A stretch of DNA of 27,008 nt from Patescibacteria group bacterium (GCA_023480925.1 JAMCWY010000023.1:1-27008), one strand, 5' to 3'. Shown: positions 1 to 9,690, numbered from the stretch's first letter. Numbers and translations are program-made. The notes: generated by a model from the sequence alone, not told the origin.

Positions 1-1
1 A

Positions 2-973
2 ATTATGGCCGCCGGCGGTCAGCCGATTTTTCTCGACTTGGGAAAAAATTCTTTAAATTTCGATCTTGAGAGTTTAAAGAAAAAAATCAGCGATCGAGTT
101 GGAATTTTGATAACGCAAAATACTTTTGGCCAGCCAAACGATCTCAGTCAGATTATTCCTTTAACCAGGGAAAATAAAATTTTACTGATTGAGAATATTT
201 CTGATTGTTTTGGTTCAAAATTTCAGGATCGGTTTTTGGGTAATTTTGGCGATGTCGCTTTATTGGGTTTTGGCCAAGCTGATGCCGTTTCAAGTCTTTC
301 GGGCGCGGCCCTTATTTTTAACCAACCGGTTTTGGCGGCTGAGTTTGATCTTTTTTATCAAAAATTGGCTTATCCTTCCGCTTTTTGGATAAGAAGGCGA
401 TTATTATCAAGTTTGGTTATGAGCGGTTTCCGTCGGCGTTATTTTAATGGCGGCAAGATTGGTTTAAATTTTTTCAGAAAATTCAAATTGGCCCCGGCGG
501 AAATTTCTTTAGACGAAAAAAACGGTAAAAGGTTGAATCAGTTCAAAACAAAAATGCCAAACGCTTTCGTCCTGATCGGGTTCAATCAGATTAGAAAATT
601 GGTTCGATTAAATGATCATCGGTGTCAACTCGGCCAAATTTACCTAAGCCAGGGTTTGTTGCCTTTTGGCGATTATTCCGTTGAGGCGAATTTTTGTTAT
701 CTTCGTTATCCCATGACTTTGAATGAACCAAAAAAAATTATCGCCGCGATGAGAAGTCGTGGCGTTTATCTCGGCGATTGGTATCAATCGGTTCTTTTCC
801 CTTTGATTAAACGTTTTGATCGTTTTAATTATTATTATGGCGACGCGCCCAGGGCTGAAACATTATCAAGGTTAATTTATAATTTGCCTACAAATATTTT
901 AACTCGGCCAGATCAAGTTTATTTTTTGGCTGATGAGTTAAAAAGAACGATTCAAAGAGAAAAGTTTATTTGA
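2..973 (+). CDS. DegT/DnrJ/EryC1/StrS-like (PLP sugar aminotransferase fold) protein, C-terminal ~320 aa; 5' end lies outside the window
   Basis: The open frame runs from the window edge. By-eye match to the DegT core: PIFLDL, then ILLIENISDCFGSKF (compare iEDaAqa.Ga), then GNFGDVALLGFG. The family assignment is by pattern only. Confidence 0.55.
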   Translation: MMAAGGQPIFLDLGKNSLNFDLESLKKKISDRVGILITQNTFGQPNDLSQIIPLTRENKILLIENISDCFGSKFQDRFLGNFGDVALLGFGQADAVSSLSGAALIFNQPVLAAEFDLFYQKLAYPSAFWIRRRLLSSLVMSGFRRRYFNGGKIGLNFFRKFKLAPAEISLDEKNGKRLNQFKTKMPNAFVLIGFNQIRKLVRLNDHRCQLGQIYLSQGLLPFGDYSVEANFCYLRYPMTLNEPKKIIAAMRSRGVYLGDWYQSVLFPLIKRFDRFNYYYGDAPRAETLSRLIYNLPTNILTRPDQVYFLADELKRTIQREKFI

Positions 974-2061
974 AGTTTTTGCTCTTGTTTAAACCGTTCG
1001 AGGGCGAGTTCGATTAAACGGTCAATTAGTTTCGAGTAAGACCAGCCCGAGATAGTCCAAAGCTTCGGATACATACTGATGCGAGTAAAGCCGGGCATGG
1101 TGTTGATTTCATTGATAATAATTTTACCATTGGCTTTGAGAAAGAAGTCGACGCGGCTAAGACCTTCGGCTTGGAGCGTCTTGAAAGTTTTAATCGCCAA
1201 AGTCTGGATTTCTTTAGTCAGGTTCGGAGGCAGGTCGGCTGGAATTTTTAAAGTCGCGCCGTTGACGTCGAGATATTTCGCTTGGTATGAATAAAAGTCG
1301 TGGTTCGGCGCGACTTCGCCGGGCAAGGAAGCGATTGGTTTTTGATTGCCGAGAACGGCGCATTCAATTTCGCGGCCCTTGATGTTTTCTTCGATGATAA
1401 TTTTCCGGTCGTAATCAAAAGCGATTTTAACCGCCTGTTTAAATTCAGCTTCGTTTTTAGCTTTACTGACGCCGACGGACGAACCAAGATTGGCTGGTTT
1501 GACAAAGACGGGCGCGCCTAGAATTTTTTTAACCTTGGCGAAATTAAGCTTTTTGTCCGATTCTGACAAAATTAGAAACTTGGCTATAGGCAAATCGGCC
1601 TGAGCCAAAAGCCGTTTCATTATTTCTTTGTCCATACCCAGAGCCGAACCGATCACGCTTGAACCAATAAAGGGAATATTGAGAAGTTTTAAAAAACCTT
1701 GAATTGTGCCGTCTTCGCCCAAAGGACCGTGAAGAATCGGCAGAGCCAGATCGATTATTTTAATCGCGTCCTTGGCTTTAAGATTGATTATTTTTGCCTG
1801 ACCCGGCTTGTTGCCTTTAGTCAAAGCGATTGGCTGACCGTTTGGTTTCAATCTGATTCGCTTCGGATCATCGTGATAAAGAAGAAAATTAAGATCGGGA
1901 TAAATCAACCACCGACCGTTTTTAGCGATACCGATGACATTAATTTTATATTTTTTCTTTTGGTTTAAGGCGTCTATAATCGAATGAGCCGATTGGAGCG
2001 AAACCTCATGTTCGCCCGATTGACCGCCGGCGATTAGCGCGATCCGAATTTTTTTTGGCAT
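952..2061 (-). CDS. ddl: D-alanine--D-alanine ligase
   Basis: 369 aa. N-terminus IALIAGGQSGEHEVSLQSA, ATP-grasp body (EIECAVLGN, INEINTMPGFT), adjacent to murF. Ends in TGA at the canonical length. Confidence 0.95.
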   Translation of the reverse strand: MPKKIRIALIAGGQSGEHEVSLQSAHSIIDALNQKKKYKINVIGIAKNGRWLIYPDLNFLLYHDDPKRIRLKPNGQPIALTKGNKPGQAKIINLKAKDAIKIIDLALPILHGPLGEDGTIQGFLKLLNIPFIGSSVIGSALGMDKEIMKRLLAQADLPIAKFLILSESDKKLNFAKVKKILGAPVFVKPANLGSSVGVSKAKNEAEFKQAVKIAFDYDRKIIIEENIKGREIECAVLGNQKPIASLPGEVAPNHDFYSYQAKYLDVNGATLKIPADLPPNLTKEIQTLAIKTFKTLQAEGLSRVDFFLKANGKIIINEINTMPGFTRISMYPKLWTISGWSYSKLIDRLIELALERFKQEQKLQINFSL

Positions 2062-2152
2062 TGGTGATTTATTATGATTTTTAATGAACGAATATTTTTA
2101 ATTTAAGTTTGTCCGCGTTCGAATGATTCTTTAATATTCTTATTTAATTATT

Positions 2153-3445
2153 TTATTGACATTTTTTGTTCCGATCGAATTTGATCGAGTGAAAGTTCGG
2201 TCGATACTCGCAAAAACAATCGACTAAGTCTGTTTTTGAGCCAATAAATTTTTTAATTAACTTTTCAAGATGGAAAGCCCGGGCGGCTTTAAAAATAATT
2301 AGGTCGTCAGGTTGAAGAATTTCAATTAGGTCGGCGTGGATTTGATCGAATTGGTTCGGTTCGAAGATTAAGATTTTGGCGTGTTGGAAAATCGGCGCAG
2401 CGAAAAGTTTTAGTCGTGGACCGATCAAAACAACCGTCTCGAAAATATCGTCGGCGGTTTGAGCAATTTGGCGATGAATTTTTTCCGCGGCCGAGTCGGC
2501 TTCAAGAACATCGCCAAAAACGGCGATTTTTCGACCGGGTAGTTTTTTAACCGTCCCAATCAGTTTTTGATAGGAAATGGGCGAGGCGTTGTAGCTGTCG
2601 TCGATAATTAAAAAATTTTGCCCAGGCGGCCGAAATAATTTTAATCGTCCGGGTAAATCTTGAAAACCAGCAAAACTTTCTTTCATTTTGAGAGGAGTTA
2701 AGCCGAACCAGTTGCCAATTAAACAAGTCGCGGCAGCGTTAAGCGCTAAACTTTCATTGACGCTATTTTTAAAATTTAGCTCAATTTGTTCTTGATTAAA
2801 AAGAGTTAGCTCAAAATCAAGACCGTTTTTGACGCCAACGCTTACATTTTTAACAATCGCATCGGCTTTTTGATCAAAACCGAAACTAAAAACCGTCGCG
2901 GCGGTTTTTTCTCGGAGCGACCAGATTCGTTTATCGTCGCGGTTTAAAATAGCTAAGCCGGTTTTAGCCAGACGTTGAATTAAAATGCCTTTTTCGTCAA
3001 CGAGCGATTCGATCGTGGGGAAAAATTGAAGATGCGCGGGCTGGTCGCCCAAGGCGGTGAAAACGCCGACCTCAGGTTTAATCAAACTGAGGAGGTAGCC
3101 CATGTCGTTTGGGTGTTCAACGCCAGTTTCAATAATTAAAATTTTGGGGTAGGGGATTGAACAAAAAAATAATTTCAATCCCTGCTTAAAAACGTTCAAC
3201 CAATTTTTCAAACTCCGACCCGGTCGCCAGTCGATTAAAAGAATGGTTAGAGGAACGCCGATTTCGTTATTGAGCGAGGCGTGGTTGCGAAAAACATAAT
3301 ACTTTTCTTTGAGAATTAAATAAAGCAACTCTTTCGCGCTGCTTTTGCCGGCTGAACCGGTCAGCGCGATTATTTTTGGTTTGTATTTAAAAAGAATCAG
3401 TTTTGACCAAAATCTCAGCGACACAATGATAATTTTTCGTTTCAT
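2153..3445 (-). CDS. murF: UDP-N-acetylmuramoyl-tripeptide--D-alanyl-D-alanine ligase (short form)
   Basis: Mur-ligase P-loop LTGSAGKSS, the MurF-specific NNEIGVPLT motif, IETGVEHPNDM, LNRDD, IDDSYNASP. Immediately upstream of ddl on the same strand. Confidence 0.85.
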   Translation of the reverse strand: MKRKIIIVSLRFWSKLILFKYKPKIIALTGSAGKSSAKELLYLILKEKYYVFRNHASLNNEIGVPLTILLIDWRPGRSLKNWLNVFKQGLKLFFCSIPYPKILIIETGVEHPNDMGYLLSLIKPEVGVFTALGDQPAHLQFFPTIESLVDEKGILIQRLAKTGLAILNRDDKRIWSLREKTAATVFSFGFDQKADAIVKNVSVGVKNGLDFELTLFNQEQIELNFKNSVNESLALNAAATCLIGNWFGLTPLKMKESFAGFQDLPGRLKLFRPPGQNFLIIDDSYNASPISYQKLIGTVKKLPGRKIAVFGDVLEADSAAEKIHRQIAQTADDIFETVVLIGPRLKLFAAPIFQHAKILIFEPNQFDQIHADLIEILQPDDLIIFKAARAFHLEKLIKKFIGSKTDLVDCFCEYRPNFHSIKFDRNKKCQ

Positions 3446-3533
3446 TTATTAATTTTAGCATCAAAAATTATTATCATTTACTCGAATTATTTAATCAGAA
3501 TCGTGCCTCGAAAAAAAATGACGAAGTCCAGTT

Positions 3534-3609
3534 TGGCGCGCCCAGGAGGAATCGAACCTCCAGCCTACGGCTTAGAAGACCGCCGCTCTTCCGATTGAGC
3601 TATGGGCGC
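3534..3609 (-). tRNA. tRNA-Arg (anticodon UCU), CCA encoded
   Basis: The reverse complement GCGCCCATAGCTCAATCGGAAGAGCGGCGGTCTTCTAAGCCGTAGGCTGGAGGTTCGATTCCTCCTGGGCGCGCCA folds as a cloverleaf. It has a 7-bp acceptor stem, a GCTC/GAGC D-stem, anticodon loop CTTCTAA, a GGAGG-TTCGATT-CCTCC T-arm, discriminator G and CCA. Confidence 0.92.
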
Positions 3610-3701
3610 TAAAAGTTTTAGACCGTTTTTTATTTAAAGTTTTTTTCAGATTAGATCAGCTCGTTTGTTTGCCGTAAAATGATTTTACCCATTCAGAGAG
3701 A

Positions 3702-3920
3702 TTAAACCATTAAACGGATAATCGACAAAACGATAAAAACGCCGGCCAAGATCCAGGTTAACTGATAAACCCATTTTTCCAAACCGCGTCTTTGAAAAAA
3801 TGTGTCTTGACCGCTGGCGCCAAAAAGAGCGCCCCAACCTTCGCCGCGTTGTTGGAGCAAAACCAGAATAATTAAACTGATGCCGGTTATGGCGGTGATA
3901 ATGTCAATCAATTTTGCCAT
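3702..3920 (-). CDS. secG: preprotein translocase subunit SecG
   Basis: 72 aa with two TM helices flanking a Gly-rich loop (LLQQRGEGWGALFGASGQDTFF), which is the SecG signature. Confidence 0.85.
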   Translation of the reverse strand: MAKLIDIITAITGISLIILVLLQQRGEGWGALFGASGQDTFFQRRGLEKWVYQLTWILAGVFIVLSIIRLMV

Positions 3921-3945
3921 TTGTTTTTAAAATTTAATTTTTGAT

Positions 3946-5217
3946 TTAATCTATTTTATTTCTTAATTTTCGATGGAAGGCAATAACTTCTTGATGGGTT
4001 TTCTGATCAATCGCCAAAATCAAATTTTTTAATCCCAGATTTAACGATTCTAACCGAATTGACGCTCGATTTTGATTGTAAAATATTTCTTGATGGGGTT
4101 TGGCTAAGGTAATCAATTTAATTTTATCATATTTTTGTTCAACCAGAGCTTGACGGGCTTTTTTAAATTGAAGCCGGCCGCCGTCAACTAAAATCAAATC
4201 CGGTTTTTCCCAATCAGAATGTTTCAGTCGTCTTTTTAAGATTTCGTAGATCATTCGAGGGTCGTCGGCTGGACCAATTAGTTTGATCTTGAATTTTTTT
4301 AAACCGGCGGAATTATAAAAGCCGTCGCGCCAGAGCGTCATAACGCCAACTTTGGCGCTGCCGGCGAAATGAGAGATATCATAAGCTTCGATTAAGTAAG
4401 GTCGTTTATTCATTTTTAGAATCAATCGAAGTTCTTCCAGACTTTTTATTCTTTTCGTTTTTTCGTCGGCCGCGCCGGTTTGGTCGAAAAAACGATACGA
4501 GGTCAGTCGGTTAATCGCCTCAATTTCTTTTTTTAATTTTGTTCCCTGATTCAAATCATTTTTGGCCAAAGCTTGCTCAAGTTGGCCGAGTAAATTTTTT
4601 TTAATTGTTTCAAGTTTATTCCGGCCGGTCAAAATTTTTTTTAATACTGTAATATTTTTGGCGTAAAGTTTTATTTTTGTCTTGGTTAGACGCGTCTGTT
4701 CATCTTTTTGGCAACACCAACCAAAACAAAGCCCGATCATTGAATTTAAGCATTCTTTTCGATGGGGTTGAAGGCAGGCGCAAAAGGGTAAACCGGTTCG
4801 AATAATTTTTAAGATGGTTTTTAATATTTGGCCATCGACGAATGGACCGATGAACTCCGCCGGATTTTTTTCCTGGCCGGGCTGATGGGTGACAAAAACC
4901 TTCGGTAGTTTTTCTTTAGTTAGACCGAGATAAAAAAAGCGCGAATCGTCTCGTTGGCGCTGGTTATATTTTGGCTGAAATTTTTTAATCAACTCGTTTT
5001 CTTTTAAGAACGCCTCGGTTTCAGATTTAAGATTTAACCATTCAAGCACCGCCGCCTCGGCTAAGAATGATTTTGTTTTTGGTTCAAGACTTTGAAGATG
5101 GTTTTTAATTCGTTCTTTCAAATTAACCGCCTTGCCGATGTAGATTGGTTCGCGACGTTTGTTTTTAAAAATATAAACACCGGTTTTCCCCGGGATTCGA
5201 TTGAGATCAATCTTCAT
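3946..5217 (-). CDS. uvrC: excinuclease ABC subunit C, compact form
   Basis: GIY-YIG N-terminus (GVYIFKNKRREPIYIGKAVNLKERIKNH), a Cys-rich segment, a UVR-like helix pair, and the C-terminal endonuclease domain (IEAYDISHFAG ... LILVDGG ... THQEVIAFHRKLR). Only 423 aa. Confidence 0.85.
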   Translation of the reverse strand: MKIDLNRIPGKTGVYIFKNKRREPIYIGKAVNLKERIKNHLQSLEPKTKSFLAEAAVLEWLNLKSETEAFLKENELIKKFQPKYNQRQRDDSRFFYLGLTKEKLPKVFVTHQPGQEKNPAEFIGPFVDGQILKTILKIIRTGLPFCACLQPHRKECLNSMIGLCFGWCCQKDEQTRLTKTKIKLYAKNITVLKKILTGRNKLETIKKNLLGQLEQALAKNDLNQGTKLKKEIEAINRLTSYRFFDQTGAADEKTKRIKSLEELRLILKMNKRPYLIEAYDISHFAGSAKVGVMTLWRDGFYNSAGLKKFKIKLIGPADDPRMIYEILKRRLKHSDWEKPDLILVDGGRLQFKKARQALVEQKYDKIKLITLAKPHQEIFYNQNRASIRLESLNLGLKNLILAIDQKTHQEVIAFHRKLRNKID

Positions 5218-6773
5218 CTTAAATCAAGAAGATTTTGACCTTTCATTTCGTCCGGAATAGCCAAGTTCATCAAACTTAGAATTGTCGGAGCAATGTCGGT
5301 TAAGGTGCCGATGATTTTTTTGTTGGCGCGGTTGATTTCGAGCGTTGATTTTTCTTTTTCGAGATCAGCGCTGACGATATAGGTTGGGACAGGGGCGGAG
5401 TTGTGACCAGTGTCTTTTTTACCGGTTTTAGTGTTGATCATTTTTTCAAGATTGCCATGGTCGGCCGTGAGCAGCATCGTCCAGTTTGGTTTGGTTAGAA
5501 TCTTTTCAAAAATTAAGGTAATCAAACGATCAGTGCCCTCGGCCACTTGAACGCCGAGATTAAAGTCGCCGGTATGGGCGATGATGTCGGGTGCGGCCAA
5601 GTTGGCGGCAATAAAATCGTAGTCGTCCTCGTTTAGTAGTTCGATCACGCTTCTAACAATTATTTCACTTTGCATCAGCGGTTGTTCGTCCAAATTTTTT
5701 TCGGCCGCGGGAAAAATTTTCCAAAATTCGTTTGGGTGAGGCGTATCGTAAAAGCCGTTAAAAAAATAGGTTATATGTGCGGTTTTGACTTTTTCCGCCA
5801 GTTTGATTTGTTTAAGGCCGTGTTCGGAAATAATTCGGCTAATTTGAATATTGATTTTTTCGCGCGGGAAGGCGACGGGATAATCAATTTGGTCAAAATA
5901 TTTCGTCATTGAAGCGATTAAAAGATTGGTGCGGTCGGGTCGGGGAAAGTGATTAAATTTCGGATCAATAAAAGCGCTGGCCAATTGAACTATGCCGTCA
6001 GCCCTGAAGTTAAAAAAGAAAACCGAATCGTTGTTTTGAATAATTCCGTCTGGTTCGATTAAAATTGGTTCGAGATTGCTGTCATTAAAATCGTAGTCGG
6101 AGTAAATTTGTTCAAAGTATTTATTCAGGTCGGTTATTTTCCGACCGATGCCGTCGACGATTAAATTAAAAGCTCGTTCGGTCCTTATTCCCCAATCTTC
6201 ATTTTTGTCCATAGCGTAGCTTCGGCCGATCAGGCTGGCAATTTTACCCGCGCCCTTTTCCGCCAAAACTTTTTTAATTTTTTCAACTAATTCAAAGCCG
6301 GATTGAGAGGGACTGTCGCGGCCGTCCAAGAAAAGATGAAGATAAAAATTATCAAAATTATTTTTTTGAAAAAAATCAATTAGAGCGACAATATGATCAA
6401 AAGCGGCGTTAATAATATCTTTGGTTAAAAGGCCGACTAAGTGAACGCGGCTCTGATTTTTTTTGGCGTGGTCAAGCACGAGTTCAAGCGTTTTATTTTT
6501 TAAAAAATCGCCGGACTTGATTGCTAACGTTACGCGGGGATAGTCTTGGTAATAGACTCGGCCGGTGCCAATGGTTAAGTGGCCGACTTCGCCATTGCCA
6601 ACCTCGGTCCAAGGTAAGCCCACGCTTATTCCCGACGCTTGAAGAAGAAAAAAGGGGAAGTTTTTTCTAAGAAAATCAAAGGTAGGCGTCTTGGCGACGT
6701 GGATTGGATTGGAAAAGTTAGCCTGACCTTCACCCCAACCGTCGAGAATAATGAGCAAAACTTTCTTGGACAT
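5214..6773 (-). CDS. gpmI: 2,3-bisphosphoglycerate-independent phosphoglycerate mutase
   Basis: 519 aa. LIILDGWGEG N-terminus, SGISVGLP, LFLDGRDS and LTADHGNLE metal-site motifs. Its stop overlaps the uvrC start by 4 nt. Confidence 0.93.
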   Translation of the reverse strand: MSKKVLLIILDGWGEGQANFSNPIHVAKTPTFDFLRKNFPFFLLQASGISVGLPWTEVGNGEVGHLTIGTGRVYYQDYPRVTLAIKSGDFLKNKTLELVLDHAKKNQSRVHLVGLLTKDIINAAFDHIVALIDFFQKNNFDNFYLHLFLDGRDSPSQSGFELVEKIKKVLAEKGAGKIASLIGRSYAMDKNEDWGIRTERAFNLIVDGIGRKITDLNKYFEQIYSDYDFNDSNLEPILIEPDGIIQNNDSVFFFNFRADGIVQLASAFIDPKFNHFPRPDRTNLLIASMTKYFDQIDYPVAFPREKINIQISRIISEHGLKQIKLAEKVKTAHITYFFNGFYDTPHPNEFWKIFPAAEKNLDEQPLMQSEIIVRSVIELLNEDDYDFIAANLAAPDIIAHTGDFNLGVQVAEGTDRLITLIFEKILTKPNWTMLLTADHGNLEKMINTKTGKKDTGHNSAPVPTYIVSADLEKEKSTLEINRANKKIIGTLTDIAPTILSLMNLAIPDEMKGQNLLDLR

Positions 6774-7016
6774 TTTTTAATATTATATTATAATCAATAA
6801 AAGCACAATTAAGTCGCGTTTAAATAATAAAACTCGACCAAACTTTAATTAATTTCAAAACTGACAAGGTTCGTTAAAATGATCGTTAAAATTTTTTATC
6901 GAGTTGTTTCTGGCTATTCCGTTTAATAATCCAATCTAAATAATTTTATTTAAATTTAATCGGACTGAAACTGAAGCGATCGTTTTGGTTAAAAGATTGG
7001 CCGAGCTCTAAATTAA

Positions 7017-8531
7017 ATGAATCCAATCGCGTTGATTCTTTTCGGCGTTGGTCTGTTTATTGGTTTCTTTATTAGATATTTTTTTGCTCAGAAAAAAGCT
7101 GAGACAATTGAATATCAAATTAAACAGAGACTTGAAGAAGCGAGTCGAAAAGAAAGAGAAATAGTCTTGGAGGCGGAGAAAAAATCCTTGGCCATTCTTG
7201 AAAAAGCCAAAGATGAACGGGAAAGAACTCTGGTTGATTTAAAAAATCGCGAAGAAAGGGCGATCAAAAAAGAAGAATTTTTCGATTTAAAAGAAAAAGA
7301 ACTTTATCAGATTAAAACCGATCTGAGACAAAAAAACGAAGAGATCGAAAAAAGATTAAAAGAGGTTGAAGATAAAGAAAAAGATGTCTCGAACCAGATT
7401 GAAAGGATCGCTTCAATGACTAAACCTGAGGCCTTGGAGATAATTTTTAAAAAAGTCGAAAAGGATTCTGAAGAGGATTTGAAAGAACGTTTGAACAAAC
7501 TTTTGAATTATCAGCGTGAAGAGGTTGAAAAAAAGGGTTTAGACGTCATTTTGGAGGCTCTACCTCGCTACGCTCGATCGGTTGCGACCGAGATAACGAT
7601 GACGTCGGTTAATTTACCCAACGAGGAAATCAAGGGTCGGATTATCGGCAAGGAGGGCAGGAACATCAGGCATTTTGAAAAATTAACCGGTGTTGAGTTG
7701 ATTGTTGACGAGACGCCCGAGATCGTGACAATCTCTTCGTTTGATCCGGTCCGGCGCGAAATCGCTCGAGTCGCTTTGGAAAAGTTGATGAAAGATGGTC
7801 GAATCCATCCAGCCGCGATCGAAGAAACGGTCGCGAGCTCAAAAGAAAATATCGAGGAAGAATCGCGTGAGGCGGGTAACAATGCCGCTTACGAAGTCGG
7901 CATTTTGGATTTGCCCGATGAACTTTTATATTTAATCGGTCGGTTGAAATTTCGAACTAGCTATGGTCAGAATGTTTTGAATCATTCGATTGAGGTGGCT
8001 TTTTTTAGTCGGATGATCGCCGAAGAACTTGGTTTGGACAAAGAGGTGGCGAAGAAGGCCGGCTTTCTCCATGATATTGGCAAGTCGGTTGACCATGAAA
8101 TTGAAGGGACGCATCTTGAGATCGGCATAAAGATTTTGGAAAAGTATGGTATTGATAATAGAGTCATTTTGGCGATGCGATCTCATCACGAAACTTATCC
8201 GTTCGCGACGCCGGAAGCTTTTGTCGTTTTAGCCGCTGACGCGCTCTCAGCGAGAAGGCCGGGCGCTCGATCGGAGACAACCGAGATTTATATTAAAAGA
8301 CTTTCCGAACTCGAAAAAATCGCCAATAATTTTGAGGGTGTGGATAAGTCTTACGCCATCAGCGGCGGCCGTGAATTGAGGGTTTTTGTCAAATCAGACA
8401 TTATTAACGACTTTGAGATGTTGAAAACGGCTAAAAATATAGTGAAAAAGATAGAGCAGGAACTTAAATTTCCCGGTGAAATTAGAGTTATTGTTATTAG
8501 AGAAACAAGAGCGGTTGAATTTGCCAAATAG
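7017..8531 (+). CDS. rny: ribonuclease Y
   Basis: N-terminal TM helix, Lys/Glu-rich coiled coil, KH domain (GRIIGKEGRNIRHFE), HD domain (NHSIEVA ... FLHDIGK). Confidence 0.93.
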   Translation: MNPIALILFGVGLFIGFFIRYFFAQKKAETIEYQIKQRLEEASRKEREIVLEAEKKSLAILEKAKDERERTLVDLKNREERAIKKEEFFDLKEKELYQIKTDLRQKNEEIEKRLKEVEDKEKDVSNQIERIASMTKPEALEIIFKKVEKDSEEDLKERLNKLLNYQREEVEKKGLDVILEALPRYARSVATEITMTSVNLPNEEIKGRIIGKEGRNIRHFEKLTGVELIVDETPEIVTISSFDPVRREIARVALEKLMKDGRIHPAAIEETVASSKENIEEESREAGNNAAYEVGILDLPDELLYLIGRLKFRTSYGQNVLNHSIEVAFFSRMIAEELGLDKEVAKKAGFLHDIGKSVDHEIEGTHLEIGIKILEKYGIDNRVILAMRSHHETYPFATPEAFVVLAADALSARRPGARSETTEIYIKRLSELEKIANNFEGVDKSYAISGGRELRVFVKSDIINDFEMLKTAKNIVKKIEQELKFPGEIRVIVIRETRAVEFAK

Positions 8532-8543
8532 CTTGACAAAAAT

Positions 8544-8571
8544 TTGGTTAAATAAAAAACAGTGGTATAAT
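8544..8571 (+). promoter_or_regulatory. sigma70-type promoter for the HU gene (TTGGTT, 16 nt spacer, TGgTATAAT extended -10)
   Basis: TTGGTT at 8544-8549 and TGGTATAAT at 8563-8571, 45 nt upstream of the HU start. The same AGTGGTATAA core recurs upstream of mraZ. Confidence 0.55.
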
Positions 8572-8615
8572 TAAACATTAATTCAGTCGAATTAAAAAGA
8601 ATTTTTAATCAAAAA

Positions 8616-8906
8616 ATGGCTCAGCCAACAGTTAAAAGAGAAGACTTGGCAAAGGATATCAGCGAAAAATTAGATTTATCGAAGAAAACCGCGGTCGATA
8701 TTCTTAATCATATTAGCGAGTTTATCACCGCGAATTTAAAAAAAGGCGTTAACGTTAAATTTGCCGGTTTGGGCACGTTTAAAGTTAGAGACAGAAAGGC
8801 GCGAGAGGCTCTAAATCCTCGCACTGGCGAGAAGGTTCAGGTCCCGGCAACTCGAGTTGCTCGTTTCACTCCGGCCAAGGAGTTAAAAGAGGCGGTCAAA
8901 TCATAA
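8616..8906 (+). CDS. hup: HU-family DNA-binding protein
   Basis: 96 aa. FAGLGTFKVRDRKAREALNPRTGEKVQVPATRVARF is the HU/IHF beta-arm signature. Confidence 0.93.
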   Translation: MAQPTVKREDLAKDISEKLDLSKKTAVDILNHISEFITANLKKGVNVKFAGLGTFKVRDRKAREALNPRTGEKVQVPATRVARFTPAKELKEAVKS

Positions 8907-8930
8907 TTTTATAATTTTCGTTTTTCAAAA

Positions 8931-8966
8931 AACAGTCTTGTTATTTTAAGAACAAGGCTGTTTTTT
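8931..8966 (+). terminator. intrinsic terminator after HU
   Basis: 10-bp stem 8933-8942 / 8951-8960 (one G-U pair), 8-nt loop, T6 tract at 8961-8966. An upstream A-tract makes it symmetric. Confidence 0.8.
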
Positions 8967-9141
8967 GTTATGCGGTAAGATTGTTATACCTGGCGAAACT
9001 AAGCCGTCAATGTCTTCGATAGCCGATAAGTATGTTTTAAAAACATTATCTAAGCTAAAATGAAACAAAAAAGCCAGAATTTAAATTTATATTTAAAATA
9101 ATATCGTCTGAGAGACCTTAAACGAAAAAATAAAATAAAAA

Positions 9142-9690
9142 ATGTCCGAAATTTTAAAGTTTAACCGAAAAAATTTAATTAAGGTTGGTGATTTGATTAA
9201 AAAAGGTAAAATCGGTGTTATCCCGACTGACACAATTTACGGTTTGGTTGCCAAGGCTTTGGATAAAAAAGCGGTTGAGCGAGTTTACCAAATTAAAAAA
9301 AGAAACAAGAAAAAAGCCGTGATAGTTTTGATCGGTTCAATTAAACAATTAGATCTTTTCAAAATAAAGATTGATCGGAGGACGGAAGATTTTACAAAAA
9401 AGATTTGGCCGGGCCGAGTCAGTTTGATTTTTTTCTGCTCGGATAAAAAATTTTGGCATCTTACTCGTCAAAATAACAGCTTAGCCTTTCGTTTGCCTCA
9501 AGAAAAATGGCTGATAGATTTGATTAAAAAAACCGGGCCAATAATCGCGCCAAGCGCCAATATTGAAAACAAACCGTCCGCCCGAACAATCAAAGAAGCT
9601 AAAGTTTATTTTGATGATCAGATTGATTTTTATTTAGATCGAGGCGAGTTAATTGGCCAACCATCAATCTTGCTCAAAATTTTAAGATAA
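9142..9690 (+). CDS. tsaC: L-threonylcarbamoyladenylate synthase (YrdC/TsaC type)
   Basis: 182-aa YrdC-domain protein with IGVIPTDTIYGLVAKA, FRLP and IIAPSAN motifs. Confidence 0.8.
   Translation: MSEILKFNRKNLIKVGDLIKKGKIGVIPTDTIYGLVAKALDKKAVERVYQIKKRNKKKAVIVLIGSIKQLDLFKIKIDRRTEDFTKKIWPGRVSLIFFCSDKKFWHLTRQNNSLAFRLPQEKWLIDLIKKTGPIIAPSANIENKPSARTIKEAKVYFDDQIDFYLDRGELIGQPSILLKILR

Noticed and set aside
189-392. Track ORF 189..392 in an alternative frame of the DegT-like gene
   Set aside because: It is fully nested in a longer ORF with family-level similarity, and its product is hydrophobic and low-complexity.
1079-1968. Track ORFs 1079..1294, 1248..1505, 1300..1521 and 1699..1968 inside or antisense to ddl
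   Set aside because: They are shadow frames of a well-supported conserved gene. Their products are low-complexity and have no start context.
6774-7016. Replication origin at the minus-to-plus gene-orientation switch between gpmI and rny
   Set aside because: The divergent spacer contains no sequence within two mismatches of TTATCCACA. It is an ordinary divergent promoter region by eye.
7307-8578. Minus-strand track ORFs inside rny (7307..7498, 7568..7882, 7932..8189, 7982..8167, 8351..8578)
   Set aside because: They are antisense shadows of the Lys/Glu-rich rny coding sequence, with Ser/Phe/Leu-rich products typical of reverse frames.
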